Origin: Myxococcota bacterium
Lineage (GTDB): Bacteria > Myxococcota_A > UBA796 > GCA-2862545
DNA length: 64,000 nucleotides
Assembly: GCA_039208735.1 (NCBI GenBank)
Contig: JBCCQY010000014.1
Location: 1-64,000 of the forward strand
Direction of reading: 5' to 3'
In this document: positions 19,038-28,355 of the stretch, one piece after another
How positions within the stretch are numbered: the stretch's first letter is position 1
Layout of the letters: each line of letters starts with the position of its first letter
Program-made: the position numbers and the translations under genes
The notes under the pieces: generated by a model
What the model saw: the letters and a program-made list of their open reading frames with translations, nothing else
What the model was told of the DNA's origin: nothing
The model's database searches: none

Positions 19038-19888
19038 CCACGATTCGCCTGCGCTGTAGCCCCGATGCTGACGATCTCTTCATGATGCGTGCCCTTTTGG
19101 AACGGCGCATCGACACGGGCGACTATGCCTTCGAGATCGACACCGAACCCACCGACGCGCTCAACCAGCTCGCGTCGGATCCAGGGGCCCCGGAGGTCGT
19201 GGCCCTTTCGATTGCGCACTACCCGGCGGTCGCCCACCGCTACCAGCTCCTGCCGCACGGGGGGTCGCTCGGAGAAGGCTATGGGCCCGTGATCGTAGGC
19301 AAGACGTCATCCCTGCCCAGCGGCAAGCTTCGGATGGGAGTTCCAGGACTTTCCACGACGGCTTGGCTCGTCACCCGCATGTGGCTCGGCGACCGACTCG
19401 CCGACATTGAGCCCGTCGTCATCCCGATCGAGCCGTACTCGCGAACCTTTGAAGCGGTTCACCAGGGCGAGGTCGACACGGCGTTGATCATCCATGAAGG
19501 GCGACTCACCTACGAGGACGAAGGTCTGCGCTCCATTGTCGACATCGGGGAGTGGTGGGCGTCGGACACCGACGGGCTGCCTCTGCCGCTGGGTGGCAAC
19601 GCCATTCGCCGCGACCTGGATGCTGCCACCATCCAAGAAGTGTCGGACCTCCTTCGCCGAAGCATCGCCGATGCCCTTGACCATCGAGATGAGGCCATTG
19701 CGTGGCTGCTGGCTCGCGGAGGAGCGCTCAAAACCGAAGCCCGGGTCTCGCAGTACCTCGACATGTACGCCAACCAGCGCACCCTCGACTATGGCGAAGC
19801 GGGACGTGAAGGGGTTCGGCGGCTCTTCGAACGCGCAGTGGCCGCGGGCTTCCTCGACCGCATGCCGCCCGTCGATTTCGCTCCTTAA
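19034..19888 (+). CDS. mqnD: MqnD/MqnA-family menaquinone (futalosine pathway) protein
   Basis: Motifs SPDADDLFM, GGSLGEGYGP, PGLSTTA, IIHEGRLTY and LPLPLGGNAIRRDL. Confidence 0.75.
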   Translation: MTTIRLRCSPDADDLFMMRALLERRIDTGDYAFEIDTEPTDALNQLASDPGAPEVVALSIAHYPAVAHRYQLLPHGGSLGEGYGPVIVGKTSSLPSGKLRMGVPGLSTTAWLVTRMWLGDRLADIEPVVIPIEPYSRTFEAVHQGEVDTALIIHEGRLTYEDEGLRSIVDIGEWWASDTDGLPLPLGGNAIRRDLDAATIQEVSDLLRRSIADALDHRDEAIAWLLARGGALKTEARVSQYLDMYANQRTLDYGEAGREGVRRLFERAVAAGFLDRMPPVDFAP

Positions 19889-20796
19889 TCGGAGAATCCC
19901 ACCCACTGGAGCCAGGCATCGTCCAGCAGGTCAGCCGCGGGACCATCCGGAAAGTCCAGCTGACCGTAGGCATCGGGCAACAGTGCCTCCCCGGGCCGTT
20001 CGGCCCCAACCCCTTCCGCCCATGTGACGTGCCAGCCTCGTGGCCAACGTCGCCAAATGTCGTGCCAGTCCGCCGTCACCACGAGGGCGACCGCCAAGCG
20101 CTGTCGCTGGAAGGGCGACATAGCGGCGTACCAAGCGATGTCATCGGATGCCCGAGACCAATTGTAGCTGCGACCGAAGAGGGGACGCATCAAGTTGCGC
20201 AGGGGATCGCCGTCCCCGACCGAACGGGCGCTCGGGTCGAGGAGAAGGCGACAGCGCTCCGCGAGCACTTGGCCGAGCGCGGCCAAATCGGGCGCCAATT
20301 GCCCATCCGCGTTCTGCTGCCGTAGAAGTTCGGCGAGCTGACCCGCAGGCGCTCTGTCGCGTCCGAAGCACTCGACCAGCTGCTCCATCACCTCGGACAC
20401 GATGATTCGACGTTGGGATGCAAAGGCATCCACTGCGTTCGGGAGATGCCGCAAAAACCACACCGAAGGACCGGCCAGACGGTGAAAGCGCGCCCGATCC
20501 GGATTCCAGGGATGCGCGAGCCATCGATGGACCTCGGCGAGCCACAAAAACAGCTCCGGATTGGGTGGAGGACGCGGAAGCAGATGGGGAAGGTGCATGT
20601 GGACCTGCGCCTCATGGAGCAGCCGAAAGCGCTCCACTGCGTCCACATCACGCGCGGTTGCCCAGCCAAGTTCGATGCGCAACCAGGGGGCTCGGGGGTC
20701 CCCGTCGCTGGCCAGCGCATCCGCCAACACATGCCAGCGATCGAGATCGTGGGGGGCCTCCCGCACGTGGTCCCACAGCTGGGGCGCCGCCTGCAT
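19885..20796 (-). CDS. Hypothetical protein with N-terminal TIGR02996-like motif
   Basis: PHDLDRWHVLADALASDGDPRAPWLRI resembles the 'PDD...VYADWL...GDPRGEFI' motif. Confidence 0.55.
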   Translation of the reverse strand: MQAAPQLWDHVREAPHDLDRWHVLADALASDGDPRAPWLRIELGWATARDVDAVERFRLLHEAQVHMHLPHLLPRPPPNPELFLWLAEVHRWLAHPWNPDRARFHRLAGPSVWFLRHLPNAVDAFASQRRIIVSEVMEQLVECFGRDRAPAGQLAELLRQQNADGQLAPDLAALGQVLAERCRLLLDPSARSVGDGDPLRNLMRPLFGRSYNWSRASDDIAWYAAMSPFQRQRLAVALVVTADWHDIWRRWPRGWHVTWAEGVGAERPGEALLPDAYGQLDFPDGPAADLLDDAWLQWVGFSD

Positions 20797-20800
20797 GGGC

Positions 20801-22018
20801 TTACGCGGACCCTGCGTCCATCGTCTCTAAGAGCGCCCGGTTGGTGTCGCGCAAGCGCTTGCCGAGGGTCGCAATCAGCTTCCAAAGAACCTTATTGCCC
20901 AAGGCGGGTTCGATCATGCAGTACTCGTGGAGCGCGTCGCGATCGATGGTCAGCAAGTGCCCAAACCCGATCGCTTCCACGGTTGCGGAGCGCGGATCCG
21001 AACTGATCAACGCCAGTTCGCCGAAGTGTTCGCCCTCGTTGAGCATGGTGACTTCACGCCCCCCGATCAACACCCGCACCTGACCCTGAACCACGACGTA
21101 CAATGTGTCGCCGACCTCGCCCTGCCTCATCACGACTTGGCCTGGACTGACGAACATCTCGTTGATGATGCGACCCACGCGAAGCCGGGCATGAAACGGG
21201 AGATCGTCAAAGAGGAAGAGGCTCTCCATCGCCTTGGCGCGAGCCGTCACCGTCTCGGCTTCGAGCACGGCTTCAGGCTCGATGGCGATGACGGTCACGT
21301 TGTCTCGACCGCCACCATCAAGGGCCTTCTGGATGAGATCGTCGACCGCTGCAGTGAGGTCGGGCTTGCCCAACAGCGACATCATGGGTGTAGGTTCGAC
21401 CATGTCCGAAAGGCCATCTGAACACAGCAGGATGCGGTCGCCATCAATGAGTTCGACGTGCAAGGTGTCGGTTCGAACGTTCGGGTAGAGTCCCACCGCG
21501 CGGGTGATCACGTTGCGATAGCGTGAGTTTGCCGCGTCTTCCCGGGTCATGGCCCCGGTTCGAATCAGTTCATTGACCATGCTGTGGTCTTCGGAGAGCT
21601 GCCGTAGCTCGCCCTTTCGCAGTAGATAGGCTCGCGAATCGCCCACGTGGACGAGGAAGGCGGCTCCACCACCGATGGCCGCGGCCACCAGCGTGGTCGT
21701 CATGCCTTGTCGTTGCGTAGCCGTCGCTGCCTCGTAAACGCGCCGGGACGCTGCATTCGCGGCCTGGTCCAACAACTGGAGCACCGCGTTTCGGGTCTCG
21801 CGATTCGCGTTCTTGGCAAACGCGTCCACTGACGCCTTGATCTGGGGGGCAAAGCTCTGGAACGTGTTGACGGTGAGGGCTGACGCCAACTCACCCGCCT
21901 TGCGGCCCCCGACTCCATCGGCAACGACGAATACGCCGTACTCTTCCGCGGCCAACAGGCTGTCTTCGTTGTGTTTCCGCTTCAGACCAACGTCTGTGCG
22001 AGCATGGAACTTGAGCAT
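20801..22018 (-). CDS. PP2C-family Ser/Thr phosphatase with C-terminal cNMP-binding domain
   Basis: Motifs TDVGLKRKHNED, VADGVGG, HVGDSRAY, LCSDGL and GGRDNVT, plus cNMP pocket FGELAL...PRSATV. Confidence 0.93.
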   Translation of the reverse strand: MLKFHARTDVGLKRKHNEDSLLAAEEYGVFVVADGVGGRKAGELASALTVNTFQSFAPQIKASVDAFAKNANRETRNAVLQLLDQAANAASRRVYEAATATQRQGMTTTLVAAAIGGGAAFLVHVGDSRAYLLRKGELRQLSEDHSMVNELIRTGAMTREDAANSRYRNVITRAVGLYPNVRTDTLHVELIDGDRILLCSDGLSDMVEPTPMMSLLGKPDLTAAVDDLIQKALDGGGRDNVTVIAIEPEAVLEAETVTARAKAMESLFLFDDLPFHARLRVGRIINEMFVSPGQVVMRQGEVGDTLYVVVQGQVRVLIGGREVTMLNEGEHFGELALISSDPRSATVEAIGFGHLLTIDRDALHEYCMIEPALGNKVLWKLIATLGKRLRDTNRALLETMDAGSA

Positions 22019-22056
22019 GCGTCCGAAGGCTCCCCTGCAGCCCGTAACCCACGTCG

Positions 22057-23202
22057 CTATTGGACCAAGAGGTCGACACGCTGCTCGACGACTGGTGACG
22101 CAACCGCAGTCCCCTTGAGGGTTCGCTGCAGGGCCACGACCAGGTCGTACCGGCCTGCGGGGAGCTTTGTCGGGAAGGTCACTTTGTAGGACCAGCTCCG
22201 CTCTCCTCCCGCCGGCAGTCGCGTATCGGCGATGGTGGCATAGGGCGGGTCGTTGGCGAGCGACCGAGTCAAGTCCGTGACCAGCTCGCCGAGGCCCGAG
22301 ACCGCCTCCTGCTCTCCCGCCTTTACGACCTTCGCGGTGAGGCGGTAGCCACGGAACGGGCTCCCGCTCGGCATGGCGTGCCCTGCTCCCGTATTCTGCA
22401 AGGTGATGGCCACCGTCCACGGGGTGTCGCCTCGAACGATGCGCCGCCGCTCGGGTCGCACAATGAGGGACCAGGCTCGGGCAGGGCTGGGCGAAGCCTC
22501 GTGAGGGGTGATTCCGGACCAGTGGCAGTCCACGCAGCCCACAGCAGCGGCTTTCCACGCAGACCTGGACCATTCACCGACGGTGTCGTACAGCGGAACG
22601 TCTGCTCCGGGCCACGTCAGCTGGTGACATGCAGCGCAGGCCCGCTCGTCGGTGAGGTCGGGCGCGTAGGCCATGGGGTGGGGGGCGGTCCGACGCGCAA
22701 CGTCCTCTGTGGCCACGGCAATCCGCCCCTCGCGTACGTGGCAGCTGGCGCATGTCACGCCTTCGGTGCGCAGCGTGCCATCCCAGGCAGGGTTTGGAGG
22801 GCCTGGCGCGTCGGTTCGGGTCCACGACGGGGCTTCGTCGTGCTGGTCGGCGAGGGGGCGATGGCAGGTCGCACAGGCGGAGATGGCGGCTTGGTCAACC
22901 GCCGCCAGCATCTCGGGCGACACCGGCCGGCCATGGGGTCCCGCCGCCCATCCGTCGTGGGCAATGGGGTGGCACGCACGGCAGTTCTGGGCCGAGCGAT
23001 TGGCCAAGCCTGGAACCGCGGGACCAATATCGAGCGGCAACGGCCCGTCGAAGAGGGGACGGGTCAAGGTTGGTGCAGGAGGGGGCGGAGTCGGCGCAGG
23101 GGCCACGACGGGGTCCGGATCGGCCTTCCGTCCGCGTTTGTTGGGTCCCGCCATTGCGAGACCTCCCACCGTGAGCGTCGCCACGACGAGGCCCCAGAGC
23201 AC
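22057..23202 (-). CDS. Secreted multiheme c-type cytochrome (5 CxxCH)
   Basis: CRACH, CATCH, CASCH, CAACH and CVDCH, a signal peptide, and a C-terminal GAGHAMPSG Ig-like region. Start is approximate. Confidence 0.85.
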   Translation of the reverse strand: MLWGLVVATLTVGGLAMAGPNKRGRKADPDPVVAPAPTPPPPAPTLTRPLFDGPLPLDIGPAVPGLANRSAQNCRACHPIAHDGWAAGPHGRPVSPEMLAAVDQAAISACATCHRPLADQHDEAPSWTRTDAPGPPNPAWDGTLRTEGVTCASCHVREGRIAVATEDVARRTAPHPMAYAPDLTDERACAACHQLTWPGADVPLYDTVGEWSRSAWKAAAVGCVDCHWSGITPHEASPSPARAWSLIVRPERRRIVRGDTPWTVAITLQNTGAGHAMPSGSPFRGYRLTAKVVKAGEQEAVSGLGELVTDLTRSLANDPPYATIADTRLPAGGERSWSYKVTFPTKLPAGRYDLVVALQRTLKGTAVASPVVEQRVDLLVQ

Positions 23203-23212
23203 GTGCTGCGCC

Positions 23213-25765
23213 TTAGAAATCGACCACCTCCGGACGGTCCCCGCGAGCGTGCGGGGGAACCACAACCGCACTCTCGGGGGTTCCGTAGAGCCGCACATAG
23301 GTGTCGTAGTTCGCGGTCACCCGCTTGACGTAGTCGCGCGTTTCACGGAATGGAATGTGCTCGACGAAAGCGTCCATGGGAAGGTGTGGGCCCGTTCCTT
23401 CGAGCCACGCTGAAACGTTGAAGGGTCCTCCGTTGTAGCTCGCTACAGCCAACGGATAGACCCCGTCGAACCGTTCCAACAACAAGCCCAGGTATCGGAT
23501 GCCGTACCGAATCGAGAGGGCTGGATCTTCCAGATCAGCCGCGGTGAACCCGATGTCACCGATCTGGTCGGCCAACAGGTGCCCCGTTCGGGGCATGATC
23601 TGCATGGCGCCTCGTGCCCCCACCCGCGACACCGCGGTCGCCTTGTAGGTGGACTCTTGCCGCATCAACCCCAACACCAGGAAGGGGTCAACGTCGTGCT
23701 GTTCGGCAGCCGCCCACACCGTTTGGCCGTGGGCGATGGGGTAGGCCAGTCGACGCACCGCCTCTGGGTCATCGTCCTCTTCAAGATGGTTCCAAGTGCC
23801 GTAGCAGGCCTTCGACGCATGATGATGGTCGCGTGTGGCGAGAAACAGGGTTCGCCAATCATCGTTTTTCATTCGACGGATGCGACGGGCCCCATTGCGG
23901 TTCCGGCGGTAGTCCCGCTTCCACGTTTCGAACCAGTCGGACATCAGCGCGCCGGACAAGTCGTAGAGGCCAACCTTGGAAAGATCTTCGATCGCGCGAA
24001 GCTCGGGCCAATATCGGCCGTAGCGGCGTACGAAGCTCGCGAGCGCCTTGGCTCCTTCGTCCGGCTCCCAATACGCAGCTTCGACATAGCTTTCGGGAGG
24101 ATCCGTTGGCGGAATGAGGGGGGCCTCTTCCGGTTCGGGAGGCGCTTGCTCCGCAACGGAAGGGTAGGGCCACGCCAACTCCGCGGGAGGGTCGAAGGTC
24201 CCTCGGCTGGGACGAGCGATCGGGCCAGCTGAGACGGGTGAGAGCGACCGAGCGGGGCGCTCAAACCTCAATTGCGGAAAGGGATTGAGGCCCGGCCAGC
24301 GGCCGCGATGAGCCGACGAAGAGGCGGCCGGCATGGGTGGTCGGGCCGACTGGCGCAGCAGCACGGCATACCAACCGTTTGGAGACCGCCGGAGCACCCA
24401 CGCTCGATCGACGGCGGCGTCGGCTTCGCGACCGACCAGTTCGAGGGCCCGAGCGCGCCAGTACCGTGCTTCGGTAAGCCACGCGCGGTCTTCGTCGATG
24501 ATCGCCGAGAGGCGAGCGATGGCGTCCTCATGGCGACCCGCCATCAGGGTGGCGAAGGCCGCGTAGAAACGGCCCCTGCGTCCCGTCCAACCTCCGGCCT
24601 TGCCCACAGTGTCGAACTGGTCGCGCGCGTCATCGTAGCGCCCGGCCAGCAGCAACGTGCGCGCCAAGTCCTCGTGGGACCGGCGCCAGGAGCGGTCTTC
24701 GGGATGCGCCTTTTGCATGGCCAATCCGAGTTTGGCCGAGGCATTGTGACGGCCTGCCCGGAACAAGACGCGATAGCGCACCCAGGCATCGCGAGGGTCG
24801 GCGTCAGCGGCATAGCGGTCGGCGTAGTATTCGTCGAGGAAGTCCCAGCGCCGGGTGCGCCAGCCGAAACGTTCGGCCTCCTGCTCGATGAACGCGCCTA
24901 CATCGGGCTGATCGTCGGCGGTCGCCGCGAGCGCCTCGAAGAGCGACCAAGCTTCGTTAGGGCGTCGCGCATCACGCAGCGAAACTGCACGAGCCATTTG
25001 GGCCTCAGGATCTTGCGGGATGGGACGCGGGCCCACCTCGGCCGGGAGCCCCGCCAGCCACCGTTCGGCGGTACGTCCCGTCAAGGGCGCGACGTGGCGG
25101 ACCACGAGTTCCTCGAGGACGGGAATCGCCTGTGAATAGTCCCCCACATCAAGCCAATGGCGCGCAAGTGCCAATTCGACCTGCTCCGCGATGGGACCCA
25201 ACGTGTGTTCCTCGTCGTATTCGGCCGCGGTTTCCCGAGCCGCCTCCGCATCGCCGAGTTGGGCGTAGGCTACCGCCATGAGGCGTTGGCACGGGCCGGC
25301 GTGGGGGCCTTCCGGCCAACGGTCGCGATACCGCGCACATTCGCGAATGGCGACGGCATCGCGGCGCCGGACGAAGTCCTGTTCGGCCTCGAGGTACGCT
25401 CCCCAAGGGGCCAGCGGGCCATTGCCAACTCGAATCCTCGTAAACGACTCGCTCGCTAGATTATGGCGGCCCGCTTCGCGATGAAGCAAGCCAACCACCA
25501 AACGGACCGCGTCGCGCGTACGTCCGCGCCTGAGCTTGGGCAACAGGCCTTCCGCGAGGGCCAGCGCATCCACAGGCTGGTGCGTCTCGAGGGCATTCCG
25601 CAGCGCGTTCAACGTGGGTGGGGGCGTGGGGGCGAGACCGAGGGCTTCCGGGGCCGCGGGAAGGGATTGGCCGGCCGGGACCGAGGCTAAGGCCGCGGGA
25701 ATGGCCCACCATCCCAGCAGCGCAAACACGAGTGCCCAATGCCTCGCCGATCGCCATGTTCCCAA
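23213..25765 (-). CDS. Soluble lytic transglycosylase (Slt-like) with TPR/helical N-terminus
   Basis: Motifs MRQESTY, SRVGARGAMQIMP, ASYNGGP and IPFRETRDYVKRV. TTG start follows GGAGG. Confidence 0.9.
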   Translation of the reverse strand: MGTWRSARHWALVFALLGWWAIPAALASVPAGQSLPAAPEALGLAPTPPPTLNALRNALETHQPVDALALAEGLLPKLRRGRTRDAVRLVVGLLHREAGRHNLASESFTRIRVGNGPLAPWGAYLEAEQDFVRRRDAVAIRECARYRDRWPEGPHAGPCQRLMAVAYAQLGDAEAARETAAEYDEEHTLGPIAEQVELALARHWLDVGDYSQAIPVLEELVVRHVAPLTGRTAERWLAGLPAEVGPRPIPQDPEAQMARAVSLRDARRPNEAWSLFEALAATADDQPDVGAFIEQEAERFGWRTRRWDFLDEYYADRYAADADPRDAWVRYRVLFRAGRHNASAKLGLAMQKAHPEDRSWRRSHEDLARTLLLAGRYDDARDQFDTVGKAGGWTGRRGRFYAAFATLMAGRHEDAIARLSAIIDEDRAWLTEARYWRARALELVGREADAAVDRAWVLRRSPNGWYAVLLRQSARPPMPAASSSAHRGRWPGLNPFPQLRFERPARSLSPVSAGPIARPSRGTFDPPAELAWPYPSVAEQAPPEPEEAPLIPPTDPPESYVEAAYWEPDEGAKALASFVRRYGRYWPELRAIEDLSKVGLYDLSGALMSDWFETWKRDYRRNRNGARRIRRMKNDDWRTLFLATRDHHHASKACYGTWNHLEEDDDPEAVRRLAYPIAHGQTVWAAAEQHDVDPFLVLGLMRQESTYKATAVSRVGARGAMQIMPRTGHLLADQIGDIGFTAADLEDPALSIRYGIRYLGLLLERFDGVYPLAVASYNGGPFNVSAWLEGTGPHLPMDAFVEHIPFRETRDYVKRVTANYDTYVRLYGTPESAVVVPPHARGDRPEVVDF

Positions 25766-25933
25766 TTGTCCTCCACGTCCGAACGCCTCGAAGCCTGGCG
25801 TCCAGCTCGCGTACCGTTCGGTCCTCCGGACCCTCAATTGCAGCGGAGATGCAGCGAACGGGCGCCCCGAGTGTCCACTTCTTTGACGATAGCCTATTGG
25901 GTCCCAAGGAACGTGCAGATCAGGAGGCACACC

Positions 25934-26401
25934 GTGGACGGCTGGCAGGGGTTATTGCGGACGATTGTTGTAGGAAGGAAAGACGGAATCCGCGCCGCCA
26001 TTCGTCGTGAACTCAACGTCGGAACGTGGCTGGACGAGACCGAGTCGGAACCGCCGCCCGTGGAAGAGCCTGAAGCGGAACCGGGGTGGCAATGGGTGGC
26101 GAAGGTCGATGATCTGCCCGCCGAAGGTCAGGTGGCGGAAGTCTTCGCAGGCGATTTGGCCATCGTCCTGGTTCGGGTCGATGGCCAGATCCATGCCGTC
26201 GATAGCGTGTGCCCCCACGCAGGAGGCCCTCTCGGCGAGGGAGATCTCGATGGAACGCAGCTGACATGCCCATGGCACGGTTGGGCGTTCGACGTGACGA
26301 CCGGCGTATGCGGTGTCGACGCAGCCACGCGACTTGACACGTTCGTGGTTCGGGTCGACGGCGAGGACGTTTTTGTTGCGGCCAGTCCCACGTCCACGTG
26401 A
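25934..26401 (+). CDS. Rieske [2Fe-2S] ferredoxin
   Basis: CPHAGGPL...CPWHGWAFD. AGGAGG precedes GTG 25934. Confidence 0.9.
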   Translation: MDGWQGLLRTIVVGRKDGIRAAIRRELNVGTWLDETESEPPPVEEPEAEPGWQWVAKVDDLPAEGQVAEVFAGDLAIVLVRVDGQIHAVDSVCPHAGGPLGEGDLDGTQLTCPWHGWAFDVTTGVCGVDAATRLDTFVVRVDGEDVFVAASPTST

Positions 26402-26426
26402 ACTTTGGGAACCATGCAACGGCTTG

Positions 26427-27719
26427 ATGCAGACCAGGCTACGTGTCGGGCCAGTGTCTAAGCTTGAACCGCCACGAACCTGGACGGGAACCTGGCTGGT
26501 CGTCGACCGGTCGGGCGACCTCATCGATGCGTCATTACCTTGGTCGATGGGGCCAGAAGCCTGGCTCGACGCCGATTCGATGGCGACGTTTCGAACCTGC
26601 CTGGACTTGCAGTGGGCGGGGCTGTCGGACGTACGATTTCACCTGGTTGACGGGCACGTGGTGGCCTTTGCCGCGGAGGAGGAGGTTCGAGGGTGGCGCC
26701 TCACCTGTTTCGACGCCACGGGTCGCCATCGCGTCCATGAGTCGGAACAGCAGACCGACCGGATCCGCGTGTTGACGGACTTTGCGGGGGCGGTGGCTCG
26801 CGAACTCGTCGATCCGATGTCGATCGTTCAAGCCAAAATCGAGTTGATGCTCGACCTTGCGATCTCCGACCCCAAGATCATGCGTCGGCACCTCGAGATT
26901 GCGCTGCAGCACGCGGAGCGGGTCTCTTCGGTGCTCGACAATCTCCGTCAGGTCAGCCAACCAGGGCTGCTTGCCCCGGAGCGGTGGTCGGTTTCGGCAC
27001 TCGCGGAAAACGTACTTGAGTTGCTGGGCATGCCGATTCGGCCCAAGGTGCAACTGCAGGTGGAATCGGGTTTGTTCGCCTCGGGACCGCAGGCCATGGT
27101 CGTCCGCATTGTGGCTTCCTTAGTCAGATACGTGCTTCAGCATCGTCGTGAGGCCTTTCTCGCGGCGCGAACCCATCGGGGCCATCCTACCGTAGTGGTG
27201 GGACCTACACCACAAGCGCGGGGACGGCCTGTGGCGGTGCCGGCCACGCTCGCGGGTCAAGAACCCTTGGTCTGGCACTTTGGGGGCTCGCTGGAAGCGC
27301 ATGCCGACGGTGAGGACGAGTGGCTCGTCCTTCAGCTTCCGCGGCCGCCGCTAAGCCGCGCCCGACGTGCCACTCAGGCCGTCCAACTGTTGGTGCTTGG
27401 CTCTCCACCGTTTCAGCGCGATGTCGAACTGCGACTGCGGCCGCAGGGGTTCGCGTTTCAGATGTTGAACCACCGACTTGACGCGGTTGAGGTCCTCACC
27501 ACCTCCGATGTCGACCTTGCGTTGATCGATCTCGATCTGGAGGGACCGGGTCCGCGGGGGCACGCGTTGGCCATTGACCTTGCCCCTCGGTTCCCAAAGG
27601 TCGAGTGGTTTGTCGCCGTCCCGGCGAACACGAAGCCCCTTCCCATGGGGACGGTCCGCTTCGTGCGATGGCCCGAGGACTCGAACGATCTGGTTCGGGC
27701 AGCCCGAGGCGATGGCTGA
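26427..27719 (+). CDS. Degenerate hybrid histidine kinase-like protein (pseudo-HisKA and receiver-like domain)
   Basis: AGAVARELVDPMSIV is an H-box without His. C-terminal VDLALIDLDL is receiver-like. Confidence 0.6.
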   Translation: MQTRLRVGPVSKLEPPRTWTGTWLVVDRSGDLIDASLPWSMGPEAWLDADSMATFRTCLDLQWAGLSDVRFHLVDGHVVAFAAEEEVRGWRLTCFDATGRHRVHESEQQTDRIRVLTDFAGAVARELVDPMSIVQAKIELMLDLAISDPKIMRRHLEIALQHAERVSSVLDNLRQVSQPGLLAPERWSVSALAENVLELLGMPIRPKVQLQVESGLFASGPQAMVVRIVASLVRYVLQHRREAFLAARTHRGHPTVVVGPTPQARGRPVAVPATLAGQEPLVWHFGGSLEAHADGEDEWLVLQLPRPPLSRARRATQAVQLLVLGSPPFQRDVELRLRPQGFAFQMLNHRLDAVEVLTTSDVDLALIDLDLEGPGPRGHALAIDLAPRFPKVEWFVAVPANTKPLPMGTVRFVRWPEDSNDLVRAARGDG

Positions 27720-27721
27720 CC

Positions 27722-27750
27722 TTGCTCGTCAGCGTCTCTAGCGTTATCCT
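27722..27750 (+). promoter_or_regulatory. Putative sigma70 promoter of rpmB
   Basis: TTGCTC-17 nt-TATCCT, 65 nt upstream of the rpmB ATG. Confidence 0.5.
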
Positions 27751-27815
27751 GGCGATCATCTGCGTAGTGCCCCGTGCATCTGCGCCTCCACTCTCTTCCA
27801 CGAACGAGGCTTCCC

Positions 27816-28088
27816 ATGGCTCGGAAGTGCATGTTGACGGGCAAGCGCCCCAACGTGGCGAACAAAGTGTCCCACTCCAACCGCAAGTCCAAAAAGCGCC
27901 AGCTGCCGAATCTGCAGGCACGTCGCTTCTGGTGGGCCGAAGGGGACTGCTTCGTCCGTCTTCGGGTCTCGACGCGGGCCATGCGCACCATCGATAAGGT
28001 GGGGCTCAACGCGTTTGCGACCCGAGAGGGCGTCGACCTCTCGAAGTATCGAGTCGACGGGCCGACCGAAGCGCCGATTCAAGGCTGA
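27816..28088 (+). CDS. rpmB: 50S ribosomal protein L28
   Basis: MARKCMLTGKRPNVANKVSHSNRKSKKRQLPNLQ. Confidence 0.97.
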   Translation: MARKCMLTGKRPNVANKVSHSNRKSKKRQLPNLQARRFWWAEGDCFVRLRVSTRAMRTIDKVGLNAFATREGVDLSKYRVDGPTEAPIQG

Positions 28089-28099
28089 AGCGCCGATGA

Positions 28100-28122
28100 A
28101 CGCTGACGGTCGGCATCAGCGT
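28100..28122. terminator. Hairpin between convergent genes (possible bidirectional terminator)
   Basis: Stem ACGCTGA/TCAGCGT. No strong U-tract. Confidence 0.35.
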
Positions 28123-28128
28123 CGACTT

Positions 28129-28308
28129 CTACAGCTTGAAGTCGATGATGGTGCTGCCTCGTTCGTCTCGCTTCGGCTCACGGCGTTGCCGCTCGTGTTC
28201 CTCGTCCGAAAACGGACGGCGATCGTCGATGTGCAGCGGAATGCGGTGGTCTTTCCTCTGTCGCTCCTGGTCACGGCGGATACGGTCGATGATGTAGGTG
28301 TCCAGCAC
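28129..28308 (-). CDS. Small 59-aa charged hypothetical protein (absent from ORF track)
   Basis: AAGGAGG RBS then GTG: MLDTYIIDRIRRDQERQRKDHRIPLHIDDRRPFSDEEHERQRREPKRDERGSTIIDFKL*. Extended -10 TGcTAAAGT lies upstream. Confidence 0.8.
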   Translation of the reverse strand: MLDTYIIDRIRRDQERQRKDHRIPLHIDDRRPFSDEEHERQRREPKRDERGSTIIDFKL

Positions 28309-28355
28309 TAGGACCTCCTTTTCGTCGCCTATCTGAACTTTAGCACCAGAAGCGG

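Noticed and set aside
22019..22573. Apparent 590-aa PP2C with N-terminal extension
   Set aside because: The extension overlaps the cytochrome gene in another frame. The PP2C fold begins at MLKFHARTD (22018).
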